This document shows positions 38,641 to 51,480 of a stretch of DNA of 63,922 nucleotides, in pieces. The translations under genes and the position numbers were made by a program. This stretch comes from Octopus bimaculoides (Eukaryota). Position 1 is the first letter of the stretch. Every line of letters begins with the position of its first letter. The stretch spans positions 37,138,940 to 37,202,861 of the forward strand of contig NC_068994.1 of the NCBI RefSeq assembly GCF_001194135.2, given 5' to 3'. The notes under the pieces were generated by a model, which saw nothing but the letters and a program-made list of their open reading frames with translations, was not told the origin of the DNA and did no database searches.

Positions 38641-39087
38641 TTTTCTGTTTCTAAATCACAAACTCTTCATACACTCAGTTTATTTCTATAATCACACATT
38701 GTATTTTTACTTTGCCTTTTTTTCCAACACATTTTCTCTATTAAATTCTATTACTTTGTTTCTCTCCCTTTGCCAATATCCATCCTACCGTGTGCAGTGC
38801 TGGGGTCTTTCTTGCAAGCTGAGCTGTTATTACACTATAAACTAAAAATCAAACAGTCTCTCACATACATGACCCTTCAAGATTTTATTATCACAAAGCC
38901 ATCACAGATATCACTCTGGTATTTTTCCAGTTTTGCTTCTGTTGATGTCCAAAGATTTAAAGTGAAGGCTACAAAATATTTGATTGTCATCATAATTGCC
39001 ATCAATGTTGTTGCTAACTCAGTAACAGAAACCAATTGCTATCAGCTTGTTCCCTTTCTTTATGATATTCTGCTCTGCAAAAATTTA
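38641..39087 (+). repeat. Inverted duplication, arm 2 (partner 35479-36004)
   Basis: Collinear reverse complement of arm 1. Confidence 0.9.
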
Positions 39088-40324
39088 AAAAGAGAAAAAT
39101 GAGAAAGAAAACTCTAGAATAGAGGCCAATACAGTAGTGGTAGAAAAAGTAGAATGACGAGGCAGAGGCTAGAGTGTAATAGCGAATGCCTTCTTACTAA
39201 TCTCTTTAGTTATGGTCTAAGAAGTTGGAGCAGGGGTTCACTGTAATTGTGACTCTCATCTGAAATCTGTAAACAGTTTGTTTTGTTCTTTGTTGGTGAC
39301 AGATGAAATTTTCCCAGCCCTAAACCGGAAAGCCAGTGTTTGTAATGTAGTTTTGATTGCATTGAAAGCATGTGTTTACTAAGAGTTAACCTCTGTGGTA
39401 GTGAGATTTATTATTTTTTATAGCAGTCTTGTGGGTTCTAATTGTTTACTGTTCAATTTATACTTAAGGTGAGAGTGGTGACAATGTTTACTTGATGGTA
39501 ACTCATTATCAATTATGCAAACAAGATAACATTATTTATGGTAAACGAATTGCATATTTAATACAGATTTTATTTCTCAAGATTTCAGAATTAGTTTAAT
39601 AGAATGAATTGGAATTTAATGATGGTTTTTGGTTATGTATATTAATGTAACCTTGAGGAATTACCATAAGCATTGTTACAGTTAGCAGAGAAATTTAATT
39701 AAAAATGCAGACATTAAATTAGTTAACACTGATCATTCAAATAAAGGTGATATGTTGTGAGGAAAATTTGCTTGATTGCTAGCTTGCAGTTTTAAACAAA
39801 AAGGATTAACAGCCTCAATAAAAACATCATGAATGGAAACTAATAATTCCCCCTTAAAAGCATTTTAGAATAAAACAAAAATTTTGAATACACATTAGAA
39901 TAATTAAAAGTAACATCTTATGTAATGATTTAGGAAACATGTCAATTCCATCACAAAAATCACTAGCGTATTAATTGCTATGAAGAAAAACAAATGTTTT
40001 CAACTTGTCATAATAACAGAACATTGTCTGATAACATAGAAGAAAATATAGGAAAAATGTAAAGTTTAGCAACAGCTGTAAATACATTTCAGAGCAGTTT
40101 TACAATAAAACTTGGTGAGATTAAGACACAGAAATTGATATTTTATTTGAATCTGTCCATGGAACAGAGGTAAAGTCATGGCTGCATAGCTAAGGTTATA
40201 GTTGAATAGATATTGTTTTATTTATCCTATTTAGTACATTCAAATATAAATAACTAGCTTTGGTTACTTTATTTGATGCTAATAATAATAATAATGATGA
40301 TAATGCTAATAATCATAATAGTAA

Positions 40325-40520
40325 TGGTTTCAAATTTTGGCACAAGGCCTGCAGTTTTAGAGAATGGGCTAAGTCGATTACACCAACCCCAGCGCTCAAC
40401 TGGTACACATTTTATCGACCCCAAATGGGTGAAAGGTGAAGCTGAACTCAGTGGAATTTGAATCAAAATGAAAAGCTGGAAGAAATGTCACCAAGCATTT
40501 TGTTTGCCAGTTTGCCAACT
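40325..40520 (-). mobile_element. SINE family B
   Basis: GGCACAAGGCCTG...TTTATCGACCCC...GGAATTTGAA next to (AAT)n. Confidence 0.85.
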
Positions 40521-40989
40521 TAATGACAACAACAACAACAATTTATCCTAAAAAATTTATCCTAGCATGAAAGAAAACGGAAAGGACCTGCATAATGTGC
40601 TGTTAATGGAGGTTTAACAACATAAGTGCACGCAAAAATGTGAGTCCAAGAAGTAAAGCTTCCTTCAAGGTAGAGCTAGAAATGCAATTGTCAAGTAGGT
40701 AAGAGGCTTTAAACAGGAGCAATATATTCAAAATTGGTAAAACTAAAAATTGTTGAGGATAAATCAAATTTATTATTGTTACTGAATATGTTAGTGTTAT
40801 TTAATCTCTGAACGGTTTTGCTGCTGTTTGTTTATGTAGTTTGATTTCTTTATCCATCAGTTTCTACTAAGATAGAGACGAGGGTTAAATTAATAATAGA
40901 GAAGCGAAAATAAAACTTTGGAAACAGCATAAATTACGTGGAAACCATGAGCATGCCTTTCAAGGGAGATAATCAGAGAAAGACTTGAA

Positions 40990-41228
40990 AGTCAACATAA
41001 AATCGTAATACTTTATGTAAAATAATGTAAATATAACAAATAATCCAAAATGCTTGTCCGGTACCAGATTGATCCCAAAATCTAATCATTTCGTGCCAGT
41101 CACGAGGTCTAATATTCCTGAAAATTTCATCTCAATCCATCCAGCGGTTCTTAAGATATCTTGTCCATGGACAAACAAACAAACACGACTGAATACAATA
41201 CCTCTGCCTTCACTAAGGTGGAGGTAAT
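40990..41228. mobile_element. Helentron/DINE-1-type non-autonomous element end
   Basis: GAAAATTTCATCTCAATCCATCCAGCGG, (AAAC)n tract and terminal hairpin TACCTCTGCCTT-CACT-AAGGTGGAGGTA (41199-41226). Confidence 0.65.
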
Positions 41229-41266
41229 AATGATGATGATGATACTACTACTACTACTACTACTAC

Positions 41267-41302
<36 letters not shown>

Positions 41303-41319
41303 TAATAATAATAACAATG

Positions 41320-41530
41320 ATAGATTTTTGATCCAGGTTCAAGACCAACAATTTTAAGGGGAGAAGGGTAGTCAATACCATCCATCCCCAGTACTTAACT
41401 GGTACTTACATTATTTATCATTTCCGGTGGAGTGGAAAACAAAGTTGATCTCAACAGAATTTGAACTCAGAACATGAAGAACAGCAACAAATACCATGAA
41501 GCAGTTTGTCTGATACTTTAATAATTATGA
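41320..41530 (-). mobile_element. SINE family B between two (AAT)n tracts
   Basis: Core and head motifs in reverse; (AAT)n on both sides. Confidence 0.75.
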
Positions 41531-41537
41531 CAATCTC

Positions 41538-41584
<47 letters not shown>

Positions 41585-41929
41585 GCATGAGCTATGCTAG
41601 TATTGAGGTACTGTTATGTCTCAAGCTACTGCTATCTAGCACCTTTGGATGATCTCTACTCAACCGCTACACGACAGCTACTCAACAGTCACTCAACTCC
41701 TCTACCATGGCTAGACTACCTCTATTTATATGTCTTGGGCGATCCTACTTCTTCGCTTAGGGGCATCGATTTTGAAGGGAAGGTGAAGTTAATTATATTG
41801 ACCCTAGTATTTGACTGGTATTTCATTTTATTGCGCTCAAGAGGATTAAAGGCAGAGTTGGCATCTCAAAACTGTAGACTGTATAGCCAACAAGTTTAAA
41901 TTGTAGACATGCTATATTATTTCTGTTAG

Positions 41930-42520
41930 CTAGCCTAACAAGTACTCTAAGTATAGTCTGGAAAATCCATTGTAATTGCTCCAAGTTCGTGCTAAGATAA
42001 TCAAGAAGTTCTTTTGTTATCTATCAGACAGCTGGAAACAGCTGTGCAGGTTTTCAAAGCTTTTGTACCCACTTCTTCTCTGGGTTAAGCTCATCATGCA
42101 TCTAAACTACAATTCGAATTCCTAACTAGTAGCAAAGAGTAGGATGTTTCCCTGAAGGTTTCTAGACATAAAAGGAAGTTGGTTCAGCATACCCTGCAGG
42201 ATGCATAAAGAGTTTACTGTTATTTCCATCCAATACCTCTAACTTACCTCCTGGATCCAGAAAGAGCATCTGTACATACATACATATTTCTTTCCAGATA
42301 AGCACTGCCACTTCGCCATTTGATTTCATCAGACCACAAGACAAGTGTGTGTTGTAGACATGAAAAATGGGGCTGAGTACATGTGCGCCTGAAATTCTTG
42401 TTTCTGTAATGGCTGCCACATCTATATCTAGTCATTTGAGATTATTGAGCAATTGACCATGCTTCCAAGGTGAACTGAGACCACGTACATCTACCCATCC
42501 TACTCTGAGTGACACAATGT
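41930..42520 (-). mobile_element. L1/Tx1-type LINE apurinic-like endonuclease remnant
   Basis: SLRVGWVDVRGL..K*LDIDVAAITETR...GEVAVLI...FLDPGGKL and later ILRVLVR, which match the APE motifs (NVRGL, QET, GVA.L, D..GR, LDR.LV). Confidence 0.7.
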
Positions 42521-43139
42521 TTATTGGGGAAACACTAGGGAGATGTTACTCACCTTCATCCTCAAGAATGGTAGGTTGTCTGCGTTCTTTTCCCTGTCGG
42601 TGTCCCTTAAAAGGTTCTTGTAATAATATCTTTTTTTACTGCTTTTCTAAAAATTTCCACGTTCCCTGGGAAATTGTCCAAGAGTGTATGATAAATGTCA
42701 TTTGATGTTTTATTAAAATATGTCGTTATATCTTTTGGGAATGAATTTTAAAAATTCTTACTCTTTACTATTTCATATTTATAATTGATTGTTGTTTTCA
42801 TCTATAATGGTGAAGTTGATGAGAAATAGTTTTTTATTTGCGTGTTTTGTTGTGCTGTTGTTAATATTGTTCTTCCTTTTATTCTTTGTTACTGGGCTTA
42901 TGTGTTGTCCTGTTGTTGTTGTTGTAGAAGTAATATAGCAGGTTTGGTTGTGGTTCTGGTTGTGGTGGTGGTAGTGGTTTTGCAATTTATAGTTAGTGTT
43001 GTTTCAGTGCATGTGTTGGTGGGTGACAATTTTTGAAATTGAAGCACAAGGCATCAAATAAATTGACTGGTATGTTTTTTTTATATATTTTTTTTTACAT
43101 CAGAAAGATGAAAGTCTAAGTGGACCTCTTATAATAGTA

Positions 43140-43360
43140 ATCCTTTCTAAAATAGGTACAAGGCCTGAAAATTTTGGTGGTGGTGGTGGTGGAGTGGGGA
43201 CTAATCGATTACAACTGGCTCTTATTTTATCAACCTCAAGGGTGATGAAGGTCAAGGTCAACCTCAGCAGCATTTGAACTCAGAATGTAGAGAGCCAGAA
43301 GAAATGCCATTAAGCATTTTGTTCGACTTGCTAATGATTCTGCCAGCTTACCACCTTAAT
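43140..43360 (-). mobile_element. SINE family B
   Basis: AATCCTTTCTAAAATAGGTACAAGGCCTGAAA...CTGCCAGCTTACCACCTTAA. Confidence 0.85.
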
Positions 43361-44286
43361 ATCACTTATTATTATCACCTCTTATAATAAGGTGCTATTG
43401 ATAATAATAAAGTGCTATTGATAATATTAAGGACTATTGACATTCAGTGCTAGATAGTAGTTTAAGAAGACAGTTATCAATGTTATTAACTTTCTAATTT
43501 ATATAAAGATCTGCTTTGTAGCCTTATTAACTGTGATTATATGAAAAGTAAAGTAAAATTGATTATCACTGCAGAAAGAAAATCTATCTAAGAAATTGGA
43601 TTAGATTTTGAACAATTAAAATCTAAATGTTAAAGCAATCAGCCAGGAAAACAACAAACTGATGTTGCAAAAGCAGTACTGTCAACCATAAAATCATGCC
43701 CTGACTGGGGCAACATAGACATATGAATAAACTATATATGATGAAATTAAATGATGGTGCAGATATAACTGAATAGATATGGAGTTCAGTTTGTTATTGT
43801 GTAGCCTTAAACTCTATCTCACTCACAACATGGCAGTAACTACAGGTTGATTATTGAGTGAAATTAGTTGACAACAGCTGTACAGAAACCTGCCATTTGT
43901 TCGTTTGTTTGTCTGTTTGTTTGTATGTATGTCATTATTCTATTTTATTTCAAGATTTCTTGCTAATAGAGAAAGAGCTGGTTTCTAACCTAGATCCAAG
44001 GCCCCTTCATTAGAATTTCAACATCAACAACAGGGTATTTTTATATGTATGTATATGCGCAAATTTGTATGTTTTGTTTTATGCATGTCTTCTCATGCAT
44101 ATACTTGCATATCTAGACATGCTCATATATACTTAAATGATAAGCTTCTGGAAAGTTTTACAGATTTTTACAGTTCCAGTAATGGCTTGAATTTGTATTC
44201 TTTGAATCAGCTTTCTCTTTTCTGGTTTTGAGAAGCCCAATTTCTCAAGAATTATATTTAAGTAGTGTGTTATGTATGTATGTATG

Positions 44287-44570
44287 TTCTCCATATAGCA
44301 TCTGCTTAGGAATCCTGCTATCCTTCATTCTAATAAGGTGTCCAGTCCAACTTGTGAATGGAAGGAGACTCCGACAGAAACCAAGGCTGCTATTTAAGGA
44401 CTGTGTCAAGTCCTCATTAAACGTCTGTGATATGCAGGACATTGACTGGGAGAACAATGCCTGTCATTGCCACAGATGGAGGAAGCAGGTTAAGGAGGGG
44501 ATCGACACTTGTGAGAGAGCACGTATCCAGCATGAAGAACTTAAGTGAGCTGCACGAAAGCACACGGCTC
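44287..44570 (+). mobile_element. RTE-clade LINE 3' fragment with a 63-bp inverted 5' segment
   Basis: 44287-44349 on minus reads WTGHLIRMKDSRIPKQMLYGE; 44351 onward on plus reads LVNGRRLRQKPRLLFKDCVK...WRKQVKEG... Confidence 0.85.
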
Positions 44571-44879
44571 GTATAGTGAATGGGGAAAGCTTGGTGATGG
44601 AGTAGTCACCATTGATGAGCTTTTATTTTAAGTGAAACTATACTAGTATGATTATCTCACTTGCTATGGGGCAGTTATTTCCTTTGTCAGTGCATAGACA
44701 TGTGTTTCTTTGTGGTTGTAAGGGATTTTAGCTCTTATTTCTACCGATGTAGGTGCTACCCCACACTGTTAGTCACAATTAGTGACAACTGAATTTTCCT
44801 TCTTGGTTTTATATTGCGTATAGGCACCTTTGTTATTTTATACATGTACACACACACATATATATGCACATATATATAT

Positions 44880-45005
44880 CATCATCATCATCGTTTAACA
44901 TCTGCTTTCCATTCTGGCATGGGTTGGACGGTTTGACTGAGGACTGGCAAGCCAGATGGCTGCACCAGGCTCCAGTCTGATCTGGCAGAGTTTCTACAGC
45001 TGGAT
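44880..45005 (-). mobile_element. SINE family C, 3' part
   Basis: (CAT)n then TTTAACATCTGCTTTCCATTCTGGCATGGGTTGGACGG. Confidence 0.9.
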
Positions 45006-45109
45006 ATATATATGCACACACACACAGAATGTATATGCACAGTATATTTATATCCAATAATAATATTCAAGTAATATCCAGTAATAATATTCAAATACCT
45101 GAGCAGGTA

Positions 45110-45310
45110 TCACCAAGCTTTTGGTAAAATTTGATGCAGATTCTCTGCTCAACCTTCTCTTGTCATTGTCAATGCAGTGATTACATGCTACACACATTCC
45201 TTCAAAGCACTGCTGTAAACAGTGGAAGCGACCTAGAACATTAAAACTTAGTGCACATGCACAGCCAAGTTCAAGGTCATTCTGTACCAAACAGCTTCAC
45301 TCTGCATGTT
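45110..45310 (-). mobile_element. Possible mariner 5' non-coding remnant
   Basis: AAAATTTGATGCAGATTCTCTGCTC recalls mariner 5' regions from memory; no TIR or peptide support. Confidence 0.3.
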
Positions 45311-45442
45311 TTAGCTTCTTTACTATGGCAATAGTCTGGATACTTATTGATCAGACTTTGTACATATATGCCTGTCCTTGTATGTCCCCTCTATGTTTAG
45401 CCTCCTGTGGGCAATAAAGAAATATATGTGTGTGTGTGTATT

Positions 45443-45547
<105 letters not shown>

Positions 45548-45969
45548 ATGCATGTATTAATATGAATGCATGTGTCTATTCATACTGACAAATCTTAGTT
45601 CTAGTGTACCCAATAATGGTATGATTATTGAACTGACTATATTTTCAGTTTTGTAAATCTTTGACATCCTGAATCCCACCACCTACTGCTACTGCTTTGA
45701 TGCCAAGAAAAAAAGAAAACAAAACAGCTGCAGCTCAAAGCTAGACAAAATGTTTCTTCTTTACATGTGGGTAACCTAATTTGCACATTGGTGTCAGTTT
45801 GGCAATATTTAAAAAAAACTATTACTAATATTCCAACCTTGTGTGAAAATATTCATTCAGTTATGAAGTGTGTACATCTGTGTATATGTATGTATATGTA
45901 TGTTTGTGTATGTGGGTATATAGTTAGTGCTATGCATATATGTATATATTTATTTATGCACACACGCAT

Positions 45970-46022
<53 letters not shown>

Positions 46023-46157
46023 ATGTTTCATTCCACATGAATAAATTTGAAACTTGAAGATGCAATAACTAAGATGCCTGTACTGTGTTGCTGAATACTT
46101 GGGGTAAACCCCAAATACCATTTCAGATAAAAACCATATAAGAATTTTTTAAAGTTT

Positions 46158-46200
<43 letters not shown>

Positions 46201-46529
46201 TGTTGTTGTAACTGTTAATGTCATAAGAGTTGTCATCTTCGTTGTGATTCTTATGTCCACTTTTCTATGCAGGTTTGTGTTGGATGTGACATAACAATTT
46301 CTTTTTGTGGGGATTTATATATACAGACAATAAAAAACACATGGGCTATTTTACTTCAACTTTTGCTTTTCATTTTGAAGTGTTTCTTTATTTTACATTC
46401 CTCTTTTTCCTCTCCATCTTTATACATAAAAAAAGACAATGTCTAAAGCATCATAATTATCTCCTGTTTTGCTTACCAATTCTATTATGAATGTATCCTA
46501 TTTTGCGCTTTTTGTTTATACTTTCTCAT

Positions 46530-46579
<50 letters not shown>

Positions 46580-46949
46580 TGTGTGTGCGTGTATGTGAGT
46601 GTAAGTGTGTAAATGGAATATTAGACAAAGACTAAAATAAAACAAATAGTAATTAACTACAGGTACTTAAATGAACTGGTAGATCAAGCTACTGATGAAT
46701 ATAGACAGAAATGCAAAGCAAAAAATACATTAGACTATACTCCTACTAAAATATATATCTATTACACACAAAATGTATTATATAAACCAAATGTATACTG
46801 GGTACAGCACAAATGAACATGTTCAAAAATCTCATAAAATGAAACACAAAATGTGTCACATTAAACCACAAGTACAGCAATCTTTCATAAGAAAGAGCGA
46901 TTGTAAAACATTACATCAAATACCATAAAACAAAGCTAGACTTTGAAAA

Positions 46950-47040
46950 GTGGTTGGCATTAGGAAGAGCATCCAGGTGTAGAGACTATGCCAAGTGGAC
47001 AGCAGAGTCTGGTACAGTCCTGTGGCTTGTCAGCTCCTAT
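46950..47040 (+). mobile_element. SINE family C fragment
   Basis: GGTTGGCATTAGGAAGAGCATCCAG. Confidence 0.7.
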
Positions 47041-47129
47041 ATGTACATGTATGTGTCTGTGTGTGTGCACATGCACATGTTTATGTGTGTGCGTGTGTGT
47101 ATGTGCATGCATGTCCGTGTAAGTAAGTG

Positions 47130-47277
47130 TACTGTATCAGAAGTTTGCTTCCTAACTACATTGTTCTGGGTTCAGTCGCACTGTATGGCACCATAGGCAA
47201 GTGTCTTCTACTATAGGTTGGGCTGCCCAAAGGCTAGTGAGTGGATTTGGTAGATAGAAACTGAAAGCAGCCCATTT

Positions 47278-47334
<57 letters not shown>

Positions 47335-47550
47335 GTGTATCTTTGTGTCTATTTTTGTCATCCACAACTGGTGCTGGTGTGTTTATATGCTCATAACTTA
47401 ACAGTTCACCAAAAGAGGCCAATGGAATAATTATCAGACTTTAAAAAAAATGTACTAGCAGTGATTCATCCAACTAAAATTATTCAAGGCGGTGCCCCAG
47501 TATGTCCACAGTCTAATGACTGAAAGAAATAAATGATAAAGGATAAAAGA
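47130..47550 (+). mobile_element. SINE family A
   Basis: Head remnant, central (TA)n, tail. Confidence 0.85.
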
Positions 47551-47824
47551 TATGTGTGTTTGCATGCATGTGTGTGTGTATGATTATGTGTATGTACACA
47601 TTTATGGTACCAACGAGAGATCAATGCAAGAGGAGTTGAAATGATTTTTATGAATAATAAAATTTCTTGTAAATTTTGTTTTCTGTCTCTATCATTTGGT
47701 ATATATTTATGTATATATATCTATATGCATGTATATATATGTACACACATCCATACATATATATTATAAATATGTATACACGTGATGCATATGTGTGTAT
47801 GTGTAAATAATATGTGTGTGTGTA

Positions 47825-47856
<32 letters not shown>

Positions 47857-49304
47857 AGTGTGTATTTACAGATGTAAATCTATAGTGAAGTATCCTTAGC
47901 TTGGCTTCACTGAAGTAGGGCAAAAACATGCCCAGACTAGTTTAGTTCTTATGAAGAAATGTAAAATTTAAATTAATAATGATCTTGTATATTAATAATG
48001 ATAATAATACAATTAAATATTTGTATACTTTTTAATTTAGTTTCTAAACTCAAGTTCTCTGAGATCCTTGTTTGCTATTGTTCAGTCGCACGGAGTAAGA
48101 TAAGACTGAAGTGTTAAATCTAAGTCGTAACCATCTGTTATATAATGAAGCTCTGGAGATTAGAATATTGTCGAGGAAGTGAAGACAGACTTCGTGCTAG
48201 ACATCTTCATTTATGAAAGCCTTTAATAAAGGACAACGTTTAGTGTTGTACCTTATTATTTTTTATTTTTCATTGGGCAATTTCTTGGCAAGATTTATTC
48301 CATAATCTGCTGTTAAATTTTGAAAAATAAAAAAAATTAAAATCTTATTTTTTACCTTTTCTTTTTTCTAATTATCTTAGGTCTCTTTGCTGGTAAGCCA
48401 TAAAATTATCTTATTTAACCCAAAATGATGAAGCTATATATTTATAATTTTACTTGAAAAAGGGAAAATTGAGTAAAAAAAATTACCAATTTCTAAGTTG
48501 TTATTCCAGATGAAGTGATAGTTTTGTTCCTTTATAGGTAATTAAAAATTATAACTACACATAGACCAAGTAATGAGCTTGTGTAATGTTTTAATTACAA
48601 AGTAGAAAAAGATGTTTTTCTGTACTTTTTGTGTTTTTTGCTTTTTTTTTTGTTTCAATGTATGTGGCGGTGGGAGATTTTTCTTTTTAGTATAAAGAAT
48701 GGTAATCTAAAATCAGTGAAAAAGCAAAAGGAAAAAAAAACAGAAGAAATTAATGAACCAAAATAATGGTTACAGATTTTAATTAAAATTATTGAAAGAT
48801 AAAATTTAAATTGTAAGCTTGGCTTTGCAAAAATGAAATTTGTTTATTTTTTTTATAAAAGAAAATATTTAAAAAAATATACTTTTTAAGATTCATCTTT
48901 GGAAAGGTTTGATGAAACTAATTTTGTTAATCAAGCAACGTCAAAAGCAGCTGCAGGAAACTCTTGAGTATAAAAATAAGTCCATTCCTTGATGTAGGGT
49001 TTTGCTTTTTGTAATTTTGTTCTCTCCAAGCATGTGAAAAGAGAAAAAATGTTAATGATCGAGTCTTAGCCTTAAGACTTTTCAGAAGCTAAAAACCTTT
49101 TTTGAATGAATATAATAATTAATTATTTGTATTATTTAGTATTTCCAGCTTTTTTTTTTTTTTTTTTTTTTTTTTAGTTGTATGAAAAAAAAATATTGAA
49201 TATCATCAAATCTGATGTCCACAAATCCTCCATGCTATATCATGAATACCTTTCTGATATTTATTCTTCCAATTCTAGCATTAGCTATCTGGATTGAAAA
49301 CAAG

Positions 49305-49539
49305 TTTCTCTACATGCCTTTCCAAAAGTATTTCATAATAAAAGCAAACTTTCTTGGTTAGTTTCAATAATTAATTCTTCCAGCAAATTGTCACTCTCCA
49401 CTACCAGGTCATTGCATACATATCATTCTTCATGTTCTTCTCATTGAAGATGTAGGACCTAGTGGTTAGGATATTAAGCTTATGATCATAAGGTTGTGGG
49501 TTCAATTTCTGGACTAGGCAGTGCATTGAGTCCTTGAGC
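49305..49539 (+). repeat. Inverted duplication, arm 1 (partner 50123-50384)
   Basis: TTTCTCTACATGCCTTT...GTATTTCATAAT...CTCCACTACCAGGTCAT...GAAGATG...CCTTGAGC is found inverted downstream; the inner part is a SINE E head. Confidence 0.9.
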
Positions 49540-50122
49540 AAAGCACTTATTTTCACATAGTTTTAGTTTGCCTATCTTTAAGGAGGACCAGGCCAGTACT
49601 GGTATAACTCTTTCTTTTACTCCCTCTATTTTTCCCTCTCTCTCCTTCTCTCTCCAGCTGTCATACCCTAGATGTTCCACTGGGTCACAGTTGAGGGGTT
49701 AAAACAATTAGTGAAAACAGGGTACATGTTACCAAACCATACTTATTCACAGGAGCATTTCTGGGGAGTGGGGTTAAAACAGTGGTCCACCTTGGGGATG
49801 CTTTTATAGAAGCAACACTTTGGGGTTTGCTATATAAGCCTGTATAGGGTGGGTGGGGGACAAAATACTGCTATACATTTTGCCTGTTGCAAACATTTCT
49901 GCCAGCTTGCTTCCTTACATTTGTTGTATATTGGGAGGTCATTATGCCAATACACATACAATACACATGTGCTGATTCTATTTCACATCTTTATTTCTGT
50001 TAGTCAATTGGCTAGCCATTCAATCAATTAATTAATTGGACTGTTTGATTGATCATCTTGTCAATCAGTCAGTTGATTAAGACCATTAGCACACTTACCA
50101 TGTTCAATATAACCTTATAAAA

Positions 50123-50384
50123 GCTCAAGGACTCAATGAACTGTCCAGTCCAGAAACTGAACCCACAACCATATGATCATGAGTTTAACAACTCAACCAC
50201 TAGGTCTTGCATCTTCATGGGAAAGAACATGTAGATTGATAGAAATCTATGACCTGGTAGTGGAGTGTGACCATTTGCAGGAAGAATTAATTATTGAAAT
50301 TAATCAAGAAAGTTTGCTTCTATTATGAAATACTATTATATTATATGAAATACTGTTTGTATTATGAAAAGGCATGTAGAGAAA
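50123..50384 (-). repeat. Inverted duplication, arm 2 (partner 49305-49539)
   Basis: Reverse complement of arm 1 with a small internal tandem duplication near 50325-50370. Confidence 0.9.
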
Positions 50385-51427
50385 AGTTACATCCATATAA
50401 CATTTGAAATGTTTTAATCTATATTGCATCCTAGACAGCGAGCTTCATTCATTCTTAGTTTAAATTAAGCTGCCAGATTAAGGAATCCTACCAATAAAAA
50501 TTAACATCATCTTGAAACTTCTAACAGAAAATCTTTACAATGAATGCATTTAAGGAAGTGATTTAAATAAAACTTATTTTTCCTCAACTGTTGGCTTATA
50601 CAAATACTGTCTCCTCATAATAAGTACAGAAATTTCCTTCTTAGGATGAGGAATTTCCTACTGTTAACATCTTAGAATTAAGTCATATAAACCTTGAACA
50701 ATTCTTTGCATGCGATCGATTTTTAAATTTCAACTATTGACCTCAAGCTGTGGTCAAATTAACTATATTTTAGAGATATTTTCACAAAAGTGTCTTCAGA
50801 AGAACTACTACCAATATCAATAAGGCTGCTTCATATAGCCTACATGGAAAACTATATAACATTTCTGTCTGAATATTTCTCTGGAAATTTTCTTTAAATT
50901 GTCTTTATTTCTTCTCTTCTAGAAAGGTTTAGATTTACATTTTTATCATTCTAAAAATTAAAAATTCTTCGCATATATGAAGACATATACTTCTGATAGA
51001 ACCTCTGTGGATGTGTGTGTGTATGTGTTAAGCATGTATCTTAATGTGTTTGAATTTTAGGGAGGAAATTGAAAAACTGTAAATTTGAATATATGCAAGA
51101 TTAAAAGAGCATTATAAGAGCATGTTGTAGCAATTTTACAGACATGCAGATGTGTGCACAACTGCGTACATTTGTTCATTCATGTATATATCTAAATATA
51201 CTTACATGTATTCATTTATATGAATACATGCATAACATACAAATATATATATATAAATGTGTGCATACATGCATACATTTGTTCATTCATGTATATATCT
51301 AAATATACTTNNNNNNNNNNNNNNNNNNNNNNNNNNNNNNNNNNNNNNNNNNNNNNNNNNNNNNNNNNNNNNNNNNNNNNNNNNNNNNNNNNNNNNNNNN
51401 NNNNNNNNNNNNNNNNNNNNNNNNNNN

Positions 51428-51480
<53 letters not shown>

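Noticed and set aside
51167-51310. Direct duplication of about 40 bp (TACATTTGTTCATTCATGTATATATCTAAATATACTT)
   Set aside because: It abuts an N gap; likely a collapsed minisatellite or assembly artefact
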